Shown here: positions 28,154-37,984 of the stretch, piece after piece | Layout: each line of letters opens with the position of its first letter | Position numbering within the stretch: position 1 is the stretch's first letter | Origin: Hoyosella altamirensis | GTDB taxonomy: Bacteria > Actinomycetota > Actinomycetes > Mycobacteriales > Mycobacteriaceae | NCBI RefSeq assembly: GCF_014191505.1 | Contig: NZ_JACHWS010000004.1 | Span: forward strand, 58,654-122,653 | DNA: 64,000 bases | Reading direction: 5' to 3' | Made by a program: the position numbers and the translations under genes | The notes under the pieces: generated by a model | Databases searched by the model: none | Seen by the model: only the letters and a program-made list of their open reading frames with translations | What the model was told of the DNA's origin: nothing

Positions 28154-28225
28154 TGTCACTCCGGGTGCCGGTGTTATGGCCGTAGTCGGCCGGGGCCATG
28201 TACGCAGCAAGCGTAGTGCAAGGGC

Positions 28226-30220
28226 CTACCAGATCTTTACCCGCTCGGATTCTTCCAGGAAGAGTCCATCAGCTTCCGTGACGTCGAATGCTTCGTAAAA
28301 GTCTTCGATGTTTCGCAAGACGCCGTTGCACCGGAATTCCGGTGGGGAATGGGGGTCAGTTGCGAGTCGGCGCTCAGCTTCCTCGTTACGTACCTTCGCG
28401 CGCCAGACCTGCGCCCAGCCGAAGAACACGCGCTGCAGTCCGCTGAGGCCATCCAGGGTCGGGGCATCGGACCCATTGGTTGCGATCTTGTACGCTCTGA
28501 GCGCGATTGCCAGCCCACCGAGGTCGCCGATGTTTTCGCCGATCGTGAAGTCGCCGTTGACCTTTTTTCCGGGCAGTGCCTTGGGTTCGAATTCGCTGTA
28601 CTGCGCGATGAGCTTCGCGGTCCGTTTTCCGAACTCCTCGCGATCCTGGTCGGTCCACCAGTTGACCAAGTTGCCGTCACCGTCGTACTTCGAGCCCTGG
28701 TCGTCGAAACCGTGCCCGATCTCGTGGCCGATCACCGCGCCGATTCCACCGTAATTCGCAGCGTCGTCAGCGTCGGGGTCGAAGAATGGCGGCTGAAGGA
28801 TCGCTGCGGGAAAGACGATTTCGTTCATCCCAGGGTTGTAGTACGCATTCACTGTCTGTGGCGTCATGAACCACTCGCCACGGTCAACGGGCCCGCCTAG
28901 CTTTTCGAATTCTCGGTCGTGTTCGGCGGCGCTACCGCGACGAACATTCCCATAAAGATCGGCACGCTCGATCACGATGCTGGAGTAGTCTTTCCACTCA
29001 TCTGGATAGCCGATCTTTGGAGTGAACTTCTCGAGCTTGCCCAGCGCGGCTTTCCGGGTCTCTGGGCTCATCCATTCGAGTGTGGAAATGCTCTGCCGGT
29101 AGGCCTCGATGAGGTTGTCGACGAGCTGCTCCATCCGGGACTTCGCGGCCGGCGGGAAATGCCGGTCGACGTACAGCTTGCCCACTGCCTCGCCGAGCAG
29201 GTGCTCAACCAGGGAAACCCCGCGCTTCCAGCGATCTCGGAGAACTTCCGCGCCGCTCAGTGTGCGGCCATGGAAGTCAAAGTTCGTTTCGACGATCTCG
29301 TCAGTCAGGTACGGGGCCCGAGTGTTGATGATCCGCCACATCATCCACGACTTCCAGGTCGCGAGCGGCACCGCGGACCAGAGTTCACCGAGAGTTCGGA
29401 GGAAGTCAGGCTGCCGCACCACGACTTCGGCGAACTGCGTGTCGGTGGCATGCAGCCCGGCGATCCAGGCCTGCCAGGGAAACGAGGGTGCGAGTTCACG
29501 CAGCTCGTCCAGAGTAAGCAGGTTATAGCTCAGCTCAGCGTCGCGGCGTTTCACCACGTCCCAGTGACCACCGGCGAGCTGTCGCTCGAGTCCGAACACG
29601 TCGGCCGCATTCTGGTCCGCGTCACACAGTGCGAACATGCGCTCGATATGCGCGATGTACTTGTCTCGCACATCGGCATGCCGCTCGTCCCGGTAATACG
29701 ATTCGTCCGGCAAGCCAATGCCGGACTGCGACAGATGCACGAGGTATCGATCGCTCTTCTTCGCGTCGGTGTAGATGTAGTAGCTGATCGGCCCGCCGGT
29801 GCCTGCCCGCTGCATCTCTCCCATAAGCCGGCCGAGTTCCTCGGGATCAGCGGCCGCGGCGACGGCGGCGAGTTCATCCTGCAATGGCGTGAGCCCCAGT
29901 GCGTTGACCCGGTCGGTGTCCATGAAGCTGGCGTAGAGGTCGCCGATCAGCTGCGCATCCGAACCAGAATCGGCGCGAGACGCGGACGCTTCTTCGATGA
30001 TGGTGCGTACGTTCTCTTCTGCTTCGTCGAAGATCTTGCGGAAGGCGCCATCGAGCGCCCGGTCGGCCGGGATCTCGTGTTCTGCCAGCCATTTCCCATT
30101 GACATGCTCGAACAGGTCATCTTGCGGCCGCGTTGCGACATCACGGTGGGCCAGATCGATACCGGATTTAGCTGTGCTACTCACCCCCTCATCTATACCT
30201 GTTGTGGTGTCAAGCCGCAC
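28226..30220 (-). CDS. M13-family zinc metallo-endopeptidase (neprilysin/PepO/Zmp1-like)
   Basis: 664 aa. HEIGH zinc-binding motif (VIGHEIGHGFDDQG), NAYY motif and a C-terminal ExxxD-type third ligand region. Confidence 0.85.
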   Translation of the reverse strand: MRLDTTTGIDEGVSSTAKSGIDLAHRDVATRPQDDLFEHVNGKWLAEHEIPADRALDGAFRKIFDEAEENVRTIIEEASASRADSGSDAQLIGDLYASFMDTDRVNALGLTPLQDELAAVAAAADPEELGRLMGEMQRAGTGGPISYYIYTDAKKSDRYLVHLSQSGIGLPDESYYRDERHADVRDKYIAHIERMFALCDADQNAADVFGLERQLAGGHWDVVKRRDAELSYNLLTLDELRELAPSFPWQAWIAGLHATDTQFAEVVVRQPDFLRTLGELWSAVPLATWKSWMMWRIINTRAPYLTDEIVETNFDFHGRTLSGAEVLRDRWKRGVSLVEHLLGEAVGKLYVDRHFPPAAKSRMEQLVDNLIEAYRQSISTLEWMSPETRKAALGKLEKFTPKIGYPDEWKDYSSIVIERADLYGNVRRGSAAEHDREFEKLGGPVDRGEWFMTPQTVNAYYNPGMNEIVFPAAILQPPFFDPDADDAANYGGIGAVIGHEIGHGFDDQGSKYDGDGNLVNWWTDQDREEFGKRTAKLIAQYSEFEPKALPGKKVNGDFTIGENIGDLGGLAIALRAYKIATNGSDAPTLDGLSGLQRVFFGWAQVWRAKVRNEEAERRLATDPHSPPEFRCNGVLRNIEDFYEAFDVTEADGLFLEESERVKIW

Positions 30221-30330
30221 CGCCCAGCTGTTTTCCGTTCCAGTTGTGAGCCTTCTGCGAGTATGGAACGATCCAAGATCGGGGGAGAAGTTGAGCGTGC
30301 GCGCATGATGCTGGAGGGGGCAAGACGACG

Positions 30331-30987
30331 GTGAGCAACCTTCTTGATGCTGCGCTGAGCTTTCCCGCGGTGCTCTTTACGTTCGCTTTCGTGGTTGTGA
30401 TCGGCTACTGGCTTCTAGTTCTGGTAGGCGGTCTGGGCCTCGACGTCTTCGAGGGGGACACGGAGGCCGCGGAAGCAGAGCCCTCTGGCTGGATGAAAGG
30501 GCTGGACCTCGGTGGGGTTCCTCTGACGGTCGCGCTCTCTCTGTTCGTCGCATTCGCCTGGCTGGTCAGCATCATCGGTTCGGTAATGCTGGGAGGCGTG
30601 AACCTGGCGGGCGCCGCTGCCGCCGCGGCGCTCATCGGTGTGCTTATTGCGGCCGTGGCGATCGGTGCGATCACCACAAAGCTTTTCATTTCCCCGCTCA
30701 AGCGGGTCTTCCGGCACGTTCCGGCACAGTCCCGTTCGGATTTCGTCGGCAAGATCTGCATCATCCGGACCAGTTCGGTGGGGCCGGACTTCGGGCAGGC
30801 CGAAGTCACATCGCCCGATGGTTCGTCCGCTCTCGTGCAGGTTCGGCAGACGGCTGAGCATGCTGCGGAAACCCCGCTCAAGGCGGGGACTTCTGCTTTG
30901 ATTTACGACTACGACGCTGACGGCGAGTTCTTCTGGGTGGCGCCGGTGGATCCCGCTCTCGACAACTTCACACCTGGACAGGCTTGA
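30331..30987 (+). CDS. NfeD-like (YqiJ/YuaF-type) membrane protein with a C-terminal OB-fold domain, the flotillin-operon partner
   Basis: N-terminal TM helices plus a C-terminal beta-rich OB-like segment (GKICIIRTSSVGPDFGQAEVTSPDGSSALVQV). Immediately upstream of flotillin, as in yqiJK and yuaF-floT. Confidence 0.7.
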   Translation: MSNLLDAALSFPAVLFTFAFVVVIGYWLLVLVGGLGLDVFEGDTEAAEAEPSGWMKGLDLGGVPLTVALSLFVAFAWLVSIIGSVMLGGVNLAGAAAAAALIGVLIAAVAIGAITTKLFISPLKRVFRHVPAQSRSDFVGKICIIRTSSVGPDFGQAEVTSPDGSSALVQVRQTAEHAAETPLKAGTSALIYDYDADGEFFWVAPVDPALDNFTPGQA

Positions 30988-31000
30988 GGAAGGGAACACC

Positions 31001-33001
31001 GTGGATACGATCGCCACCAGCTTCGGGATAGTGTTTGCCGCTATCCTGCTGACCGCTTTGGCGGTCCTGTTCATGGTTACGAGGCTGTACAAGAAGGTTC
31101 ATCAGGGCAGCGCTCTGATCGTCTCGAAGCTGAAGAAGGTGGACGTCACCTTCACCGGCACAGTTGTGCTGCCGATATTGCACAAAGCCGAGACAATGGA
31201 CATCTCGGTTAAGACGATCGACATCGAACGAACCGGTCATGACGGGTTGATTTGCCGCGACAACATCCGCGCAGACATCCGCATCACGTTCTTCGTGCGT
31301 GTCAACAAGACAATTGAGGACGTCATCAAGGTCGCGCAAGCGATCGGCACTGAGCGGGCAAGCGATCAGACGACGCTGCAAGTCTTGTTCAACGCCAAAT
31401 TCTCTGAGGCGCTCAAGACTGTCGGTAAGCACCTCGATTTCGAGGACCTTTACACCAAACGCGATGAATTCCGTGATCAGATCGTCCGCGTCATCGGAAC
31501 TGATCTCAACGGGTACAGCCTCGAGGACGCAGCGATCGACTACCTCGAGCAGACACCCATGTCACAGCTCGATGCGAAGAACATCCTCGACGCGCAGGGT
31601 ATTCGCAAGATCACCGAGCTGACAGCAATAGAGAACGTCCGCACCAACGACTACCGGCGCAACGAAGAGAAGGAAATTACCCGGCAGAACGTCGAGGCGC
31701 GTGAGGCAATCCTTGAACTCGAGCGGCAACAGGCTGATGCGGAAGCCAAACAGCGCCGCGAGGTAGATACCGCACAGGCACGCGAGACCGCGGAAACTCA
31801 GCGCGTGCAGGCAGAAGAGCGCCTCAAGTCGGAGAGTGCACGGTTGCGCACTGAAGAGCAGATTGGTGTGCAGGCCCAGAACCAGCAGCGCGAAATCGCC
31901 GTTGCAGAGAAGAACCGTGAACGTGTGATCGCGGTTGAAACGGAGCGGATCGAGAAGGATCGCCTGCTCGAGGTCATCAACCGCGAGCGTGAGACCGAAC
32001 TGCAGCGGATCGCGAAGGATCGCGAAGTGGAGACTGAGCGCCGCTCGGTGTCGGAAGCAACCCGCGAGCGCATTGCGGTCGACAAGACCGTCGCTGAGCA
32101 GGAAGAGAGTATCAATCGCTTGCGCGCGGTCGAGGCCGCTGAGCGGGACCGCCAGGCTGTGGTGATTCGGGCCGAGGGTGAGGCGCAGGAGAACCTCGTC
32201 AAAGACATCAAGGCCGCCGAGGCCGCCGAGACGGCAGCTAAGCACAAGGCCAAAGAACGGCTCACACTCGCCGAAGCAGCACAGCAGGCCGCGGAACTTG
32301 ATGCGCGTGCGAAGATCCGGCTCGCGGAGGGGCAGCAGGCCGAGGTAGCCGCATCGGGTCTCGCTGACGTACAGGTCCGGGAGCGCAACGCCGAAGCGAT
32401 CGAAAAGGTTGGTCGCGCCGAGGCGCAGGTCGAGCGTGAGAAAGCGCTTGCCGGTGCTGACGCCATTCGTGAGAAGCTCAAAGCGGAGTCTGAGGGACTC
32501 ACCGAGAAGGCTGACGCCATGGCGAAGCTCGACGACGCTACCCGGGATCACGAAGAGTACCGGCTGCGCCTCGAGATGGAGAAGGACATCCGCCTCGCGG
32601 GCATCGACGTTCACCGTCAGGTCGCCGAGCATCAGGCAGCCGTTCTCTCTGCGGGGCTCAAGGAAGCGGACATCAATATCGTCGGTGGCGAAAGTGTGTT
32701 CTTCGACCGGCTCATCGGTTCGATCGCGCTTGGTAAGGGAGTCGACGGTTTCGTGAACAACTCCGAGGTTGCGCAAACACTCGGTCAGGGCTGGTTCGAC
32801 GGCTCCCAGAGCTTCTCCGAAGACATTTCGCGTGCGCTGGCAGCTGCGGGCACGGAGGACGTCAAGAATCTCACCGTCTCGGCTCTGCTGCTGAAGTTGA
32901 TCAATGAGGGGAGCCCGCAGTCTGACAAGCTGCGTCAACTACTCGGCAACGCGCGCAAGCTCGGTCTTGCCGACACCCCGGTGACGCAAGTCAACCCATG
33001 A
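31001..33001 (+). CDS. Flotillin-family SPFH/band-7 protein (FloT/YqiK-like) with a long Ala/Glu-rich coiled-coil
   Basis: 666 aa. N-terminal TM segment, SPFH domain, then an extended EA-repeat coiled coil (AEAKQRREVDTAQARETAETQRVQAEERL...). Confidence 0.85.
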   Translation: MDTIATSFGIVFAAILLTALAVLFMVTRLYKKVHQGSALIVSKLKKVDVTFTGTVVLPILHKAETMDISVKTIDIERTGHDGLICRDNIRADIRITFFVRVNKTIEDVIKVAQAIGTERASDQTTLQVLFNAKFSEALKTVGKHLDFEDLYTKRDEFRDQIVRVIGTDLNGYSLEDAAIDYLEQTPMSQLDAKNILDAQGIRKITELTAIENVRTNDYRRNEEKEITRQNVEAREAILELERQQADAEAKQRREVDTAQARETAETQRVQAEERLKSESARLRTEEQIGVQAQNQQREIAVAEKNRERVIAVETERIEKDRLLEVINRERETELQRIAKDREVETERRSVSEATRERIAVDKTVAEQEESINRLRAVEAAERDRQAVVIRAEGEAQENLVKDIKAAEAAETAAKHKAKERLTLAEAAQQAAELDARAKIRLAEGQQAEVAASGLADVQVRERNAEAIEKVGRAEAQVEREKALAGADAIREKLKAESEGLTEKADAMAKLDDATRDHEEYRLRLEMEKDIRLAGIDVHRQVAEHQAAVLSAGLKEADINIVGGESVFFDRLIGSIALGKGVDGFVNNSEVAQTLGQGWFDGSQSFSEDISRALAAAGTEDVKNLTVSALLLKLINEGSPQSDKLRQLLGNARKLGLADTPVTQVNP

Positions 33002-36000
33002 CGGCCACTGCATCATCCACCGGCGAGGCGGACCTCGATGGCGGCACCTACGAAGTGCTCCGTAGCCGCCTCGCCCAGCATGCTGCAGAACTCGCGCGCC
33101 GAGCGGAGTCGCTCAATGCGCAGCGAGTCGAGGCGTTTGGCGGTTCTGAACTCCGCCTGATCGGGACGGAACGCATCCGAACGGAGCACAACTGCGTTCC
33201 GCGCGACATTGTCGCGCTGCCGGCGGGGAGCGACGAGGGCGGGCTGATGCTCTTCGGCTATAACGTCTTCATCGGTCTGAAGCCAGAAACCACAGTGGAG
33301 GACGTGTTCTCGCTACATCGGTTCGTCCGTGAAGGCGACACGTTCCGCTTCGAGGACGCTTCAGGTGAGATGCCAGGGCTGCTGAGTGACAGCACCTTTC
33401 AGCGTCACTTCGCCGAACTGTACCGCTACTACCGAGAGACACGCCTGCTGCAGCTACGCAGGGTCGAAGGCAAGTTGCTCGCTGTTTTTCAGACCGGGGT
33501 GCGGACTGAGGACGTCAAGGTACTGCGGTGGCGCATCAGCACCGACGGGTCAGTCACCTATATCGATAACCGTGGCGAGCGTGACCACGTTTTTCCAGCC
33601 CAGCATGATTTCGAGTGGGTTGAGACAACCCGGGACGATCATGTGCTTGGCCGCCACCCACACATTTCCATTCTCGGTGAGGTCTTCGTCGAGACCGTGC
33701 GCGGCAACCTCACTATCAAGGTCGAAGACAACACGGCAACGGGCGAAGGAATTTACGAGGAGCCAGTTGACGAGCCGCTGCAGAGCCTTGCCGACGCGGA
33801 CGTGCATTTCGCAAAAGTCGGGCCACTCATCATCTTGAAGATCCGGCCATACAATGAAAAAGACTGGCGCTATCTGGTTTTCAACACACGGACGCACGAT
33901 ATCGCCAGGCTTGACGGCATTGGGCAGTCTTGCAGACGGCTCCCGGAGGACCAGGGCCTGATCTTTCCGGGCGGTTATTATCTCGAGACCGGCCTTGCGC
34001 GAACGTTCGATACTGACACCGCTGACCTCGAGTTTGAGCGCGTCGTTCGCTCGAGTAACGGTGAGGACGTCTTGTACGCTTTCCACGCTCGGCGCGAGGG
34101 GCGGACCCTCCTGCTGCCGTACAACGTGATCCGCAAGGAAGTCGCGAATCCGGTCCCGTGCCACGGCTATTCGTTGTTCGACGACGGCACAGCCGTCGTG
34201 TTCCGTGCCGACTCAGACGAGCCAACCCGTGTGCATCCCATGCAGGTCTGGCAGACGCCGTATGAATCCGATGTGTACGCGGCGGCTCAGCCCGCGGGTT
34301 CCGGACCGCTTGAACGCATCGGCAATGCGGACCTTGTGCGCGGTATTTCGGATTGCCTGTCCGTTGCGCGCATGGTGGACGAGATGGCGCCTGCGACAGC
34401 TGTTTTCGAAGCGATGATTGCCGCATGCCGGCGCACTGCAGATAGCTACCACTGGCTGGGTGATGAGAGCGCTGGGGATCTCCTTGAGCCGCTGTCGGAC
34501 CTCCAGTCCACTGCTGAACGGGTGATAGACGAATTCGAGAAGGTCTCCGCGCTGACAGTGCAGGCATCGAAGGCTGTCGACGAATCGGAAGCCGAAATCG
34601 GATCACTGATCCGGATGAGCAGGGGCAGTGCACCGCGCTCGGCAGATGGCTGGGTATCGCTCCTCGCGGATCTGCGGAAACAACAGGGTCACATCGTCAC
34701 ATTGCGGGACCTGCGTTACGTCGATGAGAAGCGACTGGACTCACTCGATGAGCAGCTCTCTGAAGCTCTCGACGGCTCAGGCCGGCGGGCTGTGGAGTTC
34801 CTGAGCGGCGAGGACGCGTTTGAGAGTTTCCACCGAGACATTGAGCAGCTGATCGACGATGCGGACCGCATCGAAACTGTCGCGGAAGCCAAGCCTGTGA
34901 CGGAGCGGCTCTCTGAGCAAGCCGACGGATTGCAGGTAGTGACCCAGATTGTTTCCTCCCTGGATATCGGGGACGCAGTGGTTCGCACCCACATTTTGGA
35001 GCGCATCGGTGAAGTACTCGGTGGAGTGAATCGGGCGCGTGCGACCGTTGAATCGCGACGCAAGGATCTGCTGACGCGCGAAGGCCGTGCGGAATTCGCT
35101 GCCGAGTTTGGACTGCTCGGGCAAGCAATCACCGGGGCGCTCGCAGTAGCTGAAACACCCGACGCGTGTGATGAACAGCTCGGCCGCCTCCTGCTGCAGC
35201 TCGAAAATCTCGAGTCGCGTTTCAGCGAGTTCGACGACTTCCTCGACGAGCTCAGCAGTAAACGCGAAGACGTCTATGAGGCTTTCTCCTCGCGGAAACA
35301 GGCGCTTCTGGACGAGCGCTCACGCCGCGCGGACCGGCTGGTGGACTCGGCGCAGCGCATCCTCGCGTCGGTCAGCCGCCGCGTCGCTGGCATGGACACT
35401 GTCGACGAGGTCAACACGTATTTTGCGTCTGACCCGATGGTGGCGAAGCTGCGCAGCCTCGCCGACGAGTTACGCGGTATCGGCGATTCGGTCCGTGCTG
35501 AGGAAATTGATGGCCGAATCAAAGCAGCGCGCCAGGAAGCTGGCCGTGCCCTTCGTGACCGGCAGGATCTGTATGGCGACAGTGGCGAAACCATCAGGCT
35601 CGGGAAGCACCGGTTCGCGGTCAACACGCAGGCAATCGACCTGACCCTCGTTCCACACTCGGTGGACGGCGAGACTCGGATGTCCTTCGCTATTACGGGC
35701 ACGGACTACCGGTCTCTTGTGGCTGACCCCGAGTTCGCCGCCACTGCTCCCTACTGGAATCAGCTGCTCGTCTCGGAAACCAGCGACGTCTACCGCGCGG
35801 AGTTCCTTGCGACCTCGTTGCTGGCTGACGCGGAGCGCGAGGGCAAACTCGACGAACTCCATGAAGCGCTCGTGGCGGAGGGTGAACTCGCCGCCTACGT
35901 GCGCAGGGCAGCGGAATCTCGATATAACGAAGGCTACGAGCGTGGTGTACACGACCACGACGCCACCGCAATTCTCAGCGAGTTGCTGCGCCTGCACGCC

Positions 36001-37959
36001 GGTGCCGGGCTCCTGCGGTTCCCTCCCGGAGCGAGATCAGCTGCACAGCTTTTCTGGGCGTTTGATGCACGCCCCGACCGCCGCGCCGCGTGGACTACCC
36101 GCGCCGCGTCCCTGGCGCGAGCTCGCTCATCGTTCCGTCGCCCGGACGCGGTCGACGCGCTGGCGAGGGAACTGAACGGCGCGGTGGCTGCTTTCGTCGA
36201 GGAGCGCCGGATCCCCGTGGCTGATGCAGACCTCGAACTTGTTGGTGAATACCTGTTCGAAGAGCTCGCAACGGGTGCGCCACGCTTTGTGACGAGTTCT
36301 GGTGCGCGCACCCTGGTTGACCGGTTTCATCGGGCTCTCGGTGGTTCGGTCGCCAAGTCTCGCCTGGACTTCGATGAGGATCTGCGTTCGCTTGCCGATG
36401 ACGTGACTGCCCGATATCAGCTTGTGCGCGCGTGGCTGTCGGCGTATCTGGCGACTGAGGACGCTGGCGAGATGGTTGCTGATCTCGCTGAGGCTATCGC
36501 GATAGAAGTGTGTGGTAGCGCTGTCGACCGGTATGAGTCCTCCGCATCTCTCACCGGCGTGGCTGAGCCGATGCTCGGATCGCATCCGCGCATCCACGAC
36601 CGCAAGTTCGCGTTCCGGCTCGATGATCTGCTGTCACATACGCGTCACTATCGCGCGGTCCGGGTACCGGGGTTCCGCGCCTTCCAGCAGCAGCGGAACG
36701 CCCTCGTCGGGACGGAACGGAAAAAGCTGCGCCTCGACGAGTACACGCCTACGGTGATGAGCGGGTTTGTGCGCAACAGACTGCTCGACGACGCGTACCT
36801 ACCGCTGATTGGTGACAACCTCGCAAAGCAGCTGGGAGCCACTGGCGACAGTCGCCGGACCGACCAGTCAGGGCTGCTTCTGCTGATCTCCCCTCCGGGC
36901 TACGGTAAGACGACCCTGATGGAGTACGTAGCGAATCGCCTCGGCGTTGTTTTCGTCAAGGTGAACGGTCCCGCGCTAGGGCACTACGTCACCTCCGTCG
37001 ACCCGGCTGAAGCGCCCAATGCGACTGCACGTCAGGAAGTTGAGAAAATCAACTTTGCTTTGGAAATGGGCAATAACGTCTTGCTCTATCTCGACGACAT
37101 CCAGCACACTTCACCGGAACTGCTGCAGAAGTTCATCTCCCTTTGTGACGCGCAACGGCGAATGGAAGGCGTCTGGAACGGGCGGACGCGCACGTACGAC
37201 ATGCGTGGGAAACGGTTCGCGGTGTGCATGGCCGGTAACCCGTACACCGAGCAGGGCAAGCGCTTTCGGGTGCCCGACATGCTGGCGAACCGTGCGGACG
37301 TCTGGAACCTGGGTGACGTGCTCTCTGGGCGAGAGCATCTTTTCGCCCTCAGCTACATAGAGAACGCGCTGACCTCAAACTCAGTGCTCGCTCCGCTGGC
37401 CGCCCGGGACAGATCGGACATTGACCTCCTCGTACGCCTCGCAGGTGGGGATAGCACAGTCCGCCCCGATCAATTGTCGCACCCGTATTCAGCCGCGGAA
37501 CTCGATGAGGTGCTCGCGGTGATGAGCAAGATGATCCGGGTCCAAGAGATTGTGCTTGCCGTCAACCAGGCCTACATCGCGTCCGCGGCGACAGCCGACG
37601 CGAACCGGACCGAGCCGCCATTCCAGTTGCAGGGGTCGTACCGGAACATGGGCCGCCTCGCGGAACGAATCGCGCCGGTGATGAATGATGAGGAGCTTGA
37701 AGCGGTCATCGACGACCATTACCTCGGCGAGGCGCAAACTCTCACCTCCGGTGCGGAATCGAATCTGCTGAAGCTGGCAGAACTCCGCGGCCGACTCGCC
37801 CCTGAGCAGCAACAACGCTGGGAGGAAGTGAAGGCAGGCTTCCGGCGAGCCCAAGCGCTGGGCGGTGCGGAGGACGATCCCATGGCCCGTGCTGTCGGCG
37901 CAGTGGGGCTCCTCGCGGATCGCGTTGGGGGAATTGAATCCGCCCTGCGGGAACGCTGA
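32998..37959 (+). CDS. Giant (1653-aa) soluble protein with a C-terminal AAA+ ATPase module (RuvB/clamp-loader-like P-loop), function unknown
   Basis: Start ATGA overlaps the flotillin stop (translational coupling). Walker A is SPPGYGKTTL at about 36892-36920 and Walker B is LLYLDDIQH at about 37083-37109. The long N-terminal region of about 1250 aa has no recognisable motif. Confidence 0.7.
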   Translation: MTATASSTGEADLDGGTYEVLRSRLAQHAAELARRAESLNAQRVEAFGGSELRLIGTERIRTEHNCVPRDIVALPAGSDEGGLMLFGYNVFIGLKPETTVEDVFSLHRFVREGDTFRFEDASGEMPGLLSDSTFQRHFAELYRYYRETRLLQLRRVEGKLLAVFQTGVRTEDVKVLRWRISTDGSVTYIDNRGERDHVFPAQHDFEWVETTRDDHVLGRHPHISILGEVFVETVRGNLTIKVEDNTATGEGIYEEPVDEPLQSLADADVHFAKVGPLIILKIRPYNEKDWRYLVFNTRTHDIARLDGIGQSCRRLPEDQGLIFPGGYYLETGLARTFDTDTADLEFERVVRSSNGEDVLYAFHARREGRTLLLPYNVIRKEVANPVPCHGYSLFDDGTAVVFRADSDEPTRVHPMQVWQTPYESDVYAAAQPAGSGPLERIGNADLVRGISDCLSVARMVDEMAPATAVFEAMIAACRRTADSYHWLGDESAGDLLEPLSDLQSTAERVIDEFEKVSALTVQASKAVDESEAEIGSLIRMSRGSAPRSADGWVSLLADLRKQQGHIVTLRDLRYVDEKRLDSLDEQLSEALDGSGRRAVEFLSGEDAFESFHRDIEQLIDDADRIETVAEAKPVTERLSEQADGLQVVTQIVSSLDIGDAVVRTHILERIGEVLGGVNRARATVESRRKDLLTREGRAEFAAEFGLLGQAITGALAVAETPDACDEQLGRLLLQLENLESRFSEFDDFLDELSSKREDVYEAFSSRKQALLDERSRRADRLVDSAQRILASVSRRVAGMDTVDEVNTYFASDPMVAKLRSLADELRGIGDSVRAEEIDGRIKAARQEAGRALRDRQDLYGDSGETIRLGKHRFAVNTQAIDLTLVPHSVDGETRMSFAITGTDYRSLVADPEFAATAPYWNQLLVSETSDVYRAEFLATSLLADAEREGKLDELHEALVAEGELAAYVRRAAESRYNEGYERGVHDHDATAILSELLRLHAGAGLLRFPPGARSAAQLFWAFDARPDRRAAWTTRAASLARARSSFRRPDAVDALARELNGAVAAFVEERRIPVADADLELVGEYLFEELATGAPRFVTSSGARTLVDRFHRALGGSVAKSRLDFDEDLRSLADDVTARYQLVRAWLSAYLATEDAGEMVADLAEAIAIEVCGSAVDRYESSASLTGVAEPMLGSHPRIHDRKFAFRLDDLLSHTRHYRAVRVPGFRAFQQQRNALVGTERKKLRLDEYTPTVMSGFVRNRLLDDAYLPLIGDNLAKQLGATGDSRRTDQSGLLLLISPPGYGKTTLMEYVANRLGVVFVKVNGPALGHYVTSVDPAEAPNATARQEVEKINFALEMGNNVLLYLDDIQHTSPELLQKFISLCDAQRRMEGVWNGRTRTYDMRGKRFAVCMAGNPYTEQGKRFRVPDMLANRADVWNLGDVLSGREHLFALSYIENALTSNSVLAPLAARDRSDIDLLVRLAGGDSTVRPDQLSHPYSAAELDEVLAVMSKMIRVQEIVLAVNQAYIASAATADANRTEPPFQLQGSYRNMGRLAERIAPVMNDEELEAVIDDHYLGEAQTLTSGAESNLLKLAELRGRLAPEQQQRWEEVKAGFRRAQALGGAEDDPMARAVGAVGLLADRVGGIESALRER

Positions 37960-37984
37960 GTTGGCGCTGTGACACGATTGCCGG

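Noticed and set aside
31562-32938. 458-aa and 240-aa ORFs antisense to the flotillin coiled-coil
   Set aside because: They are an artefact of the GC-rich Ala/Glu codon repeats (GCC/GAG read as Leu/Ala/Arg/Ser runs on the other strand).
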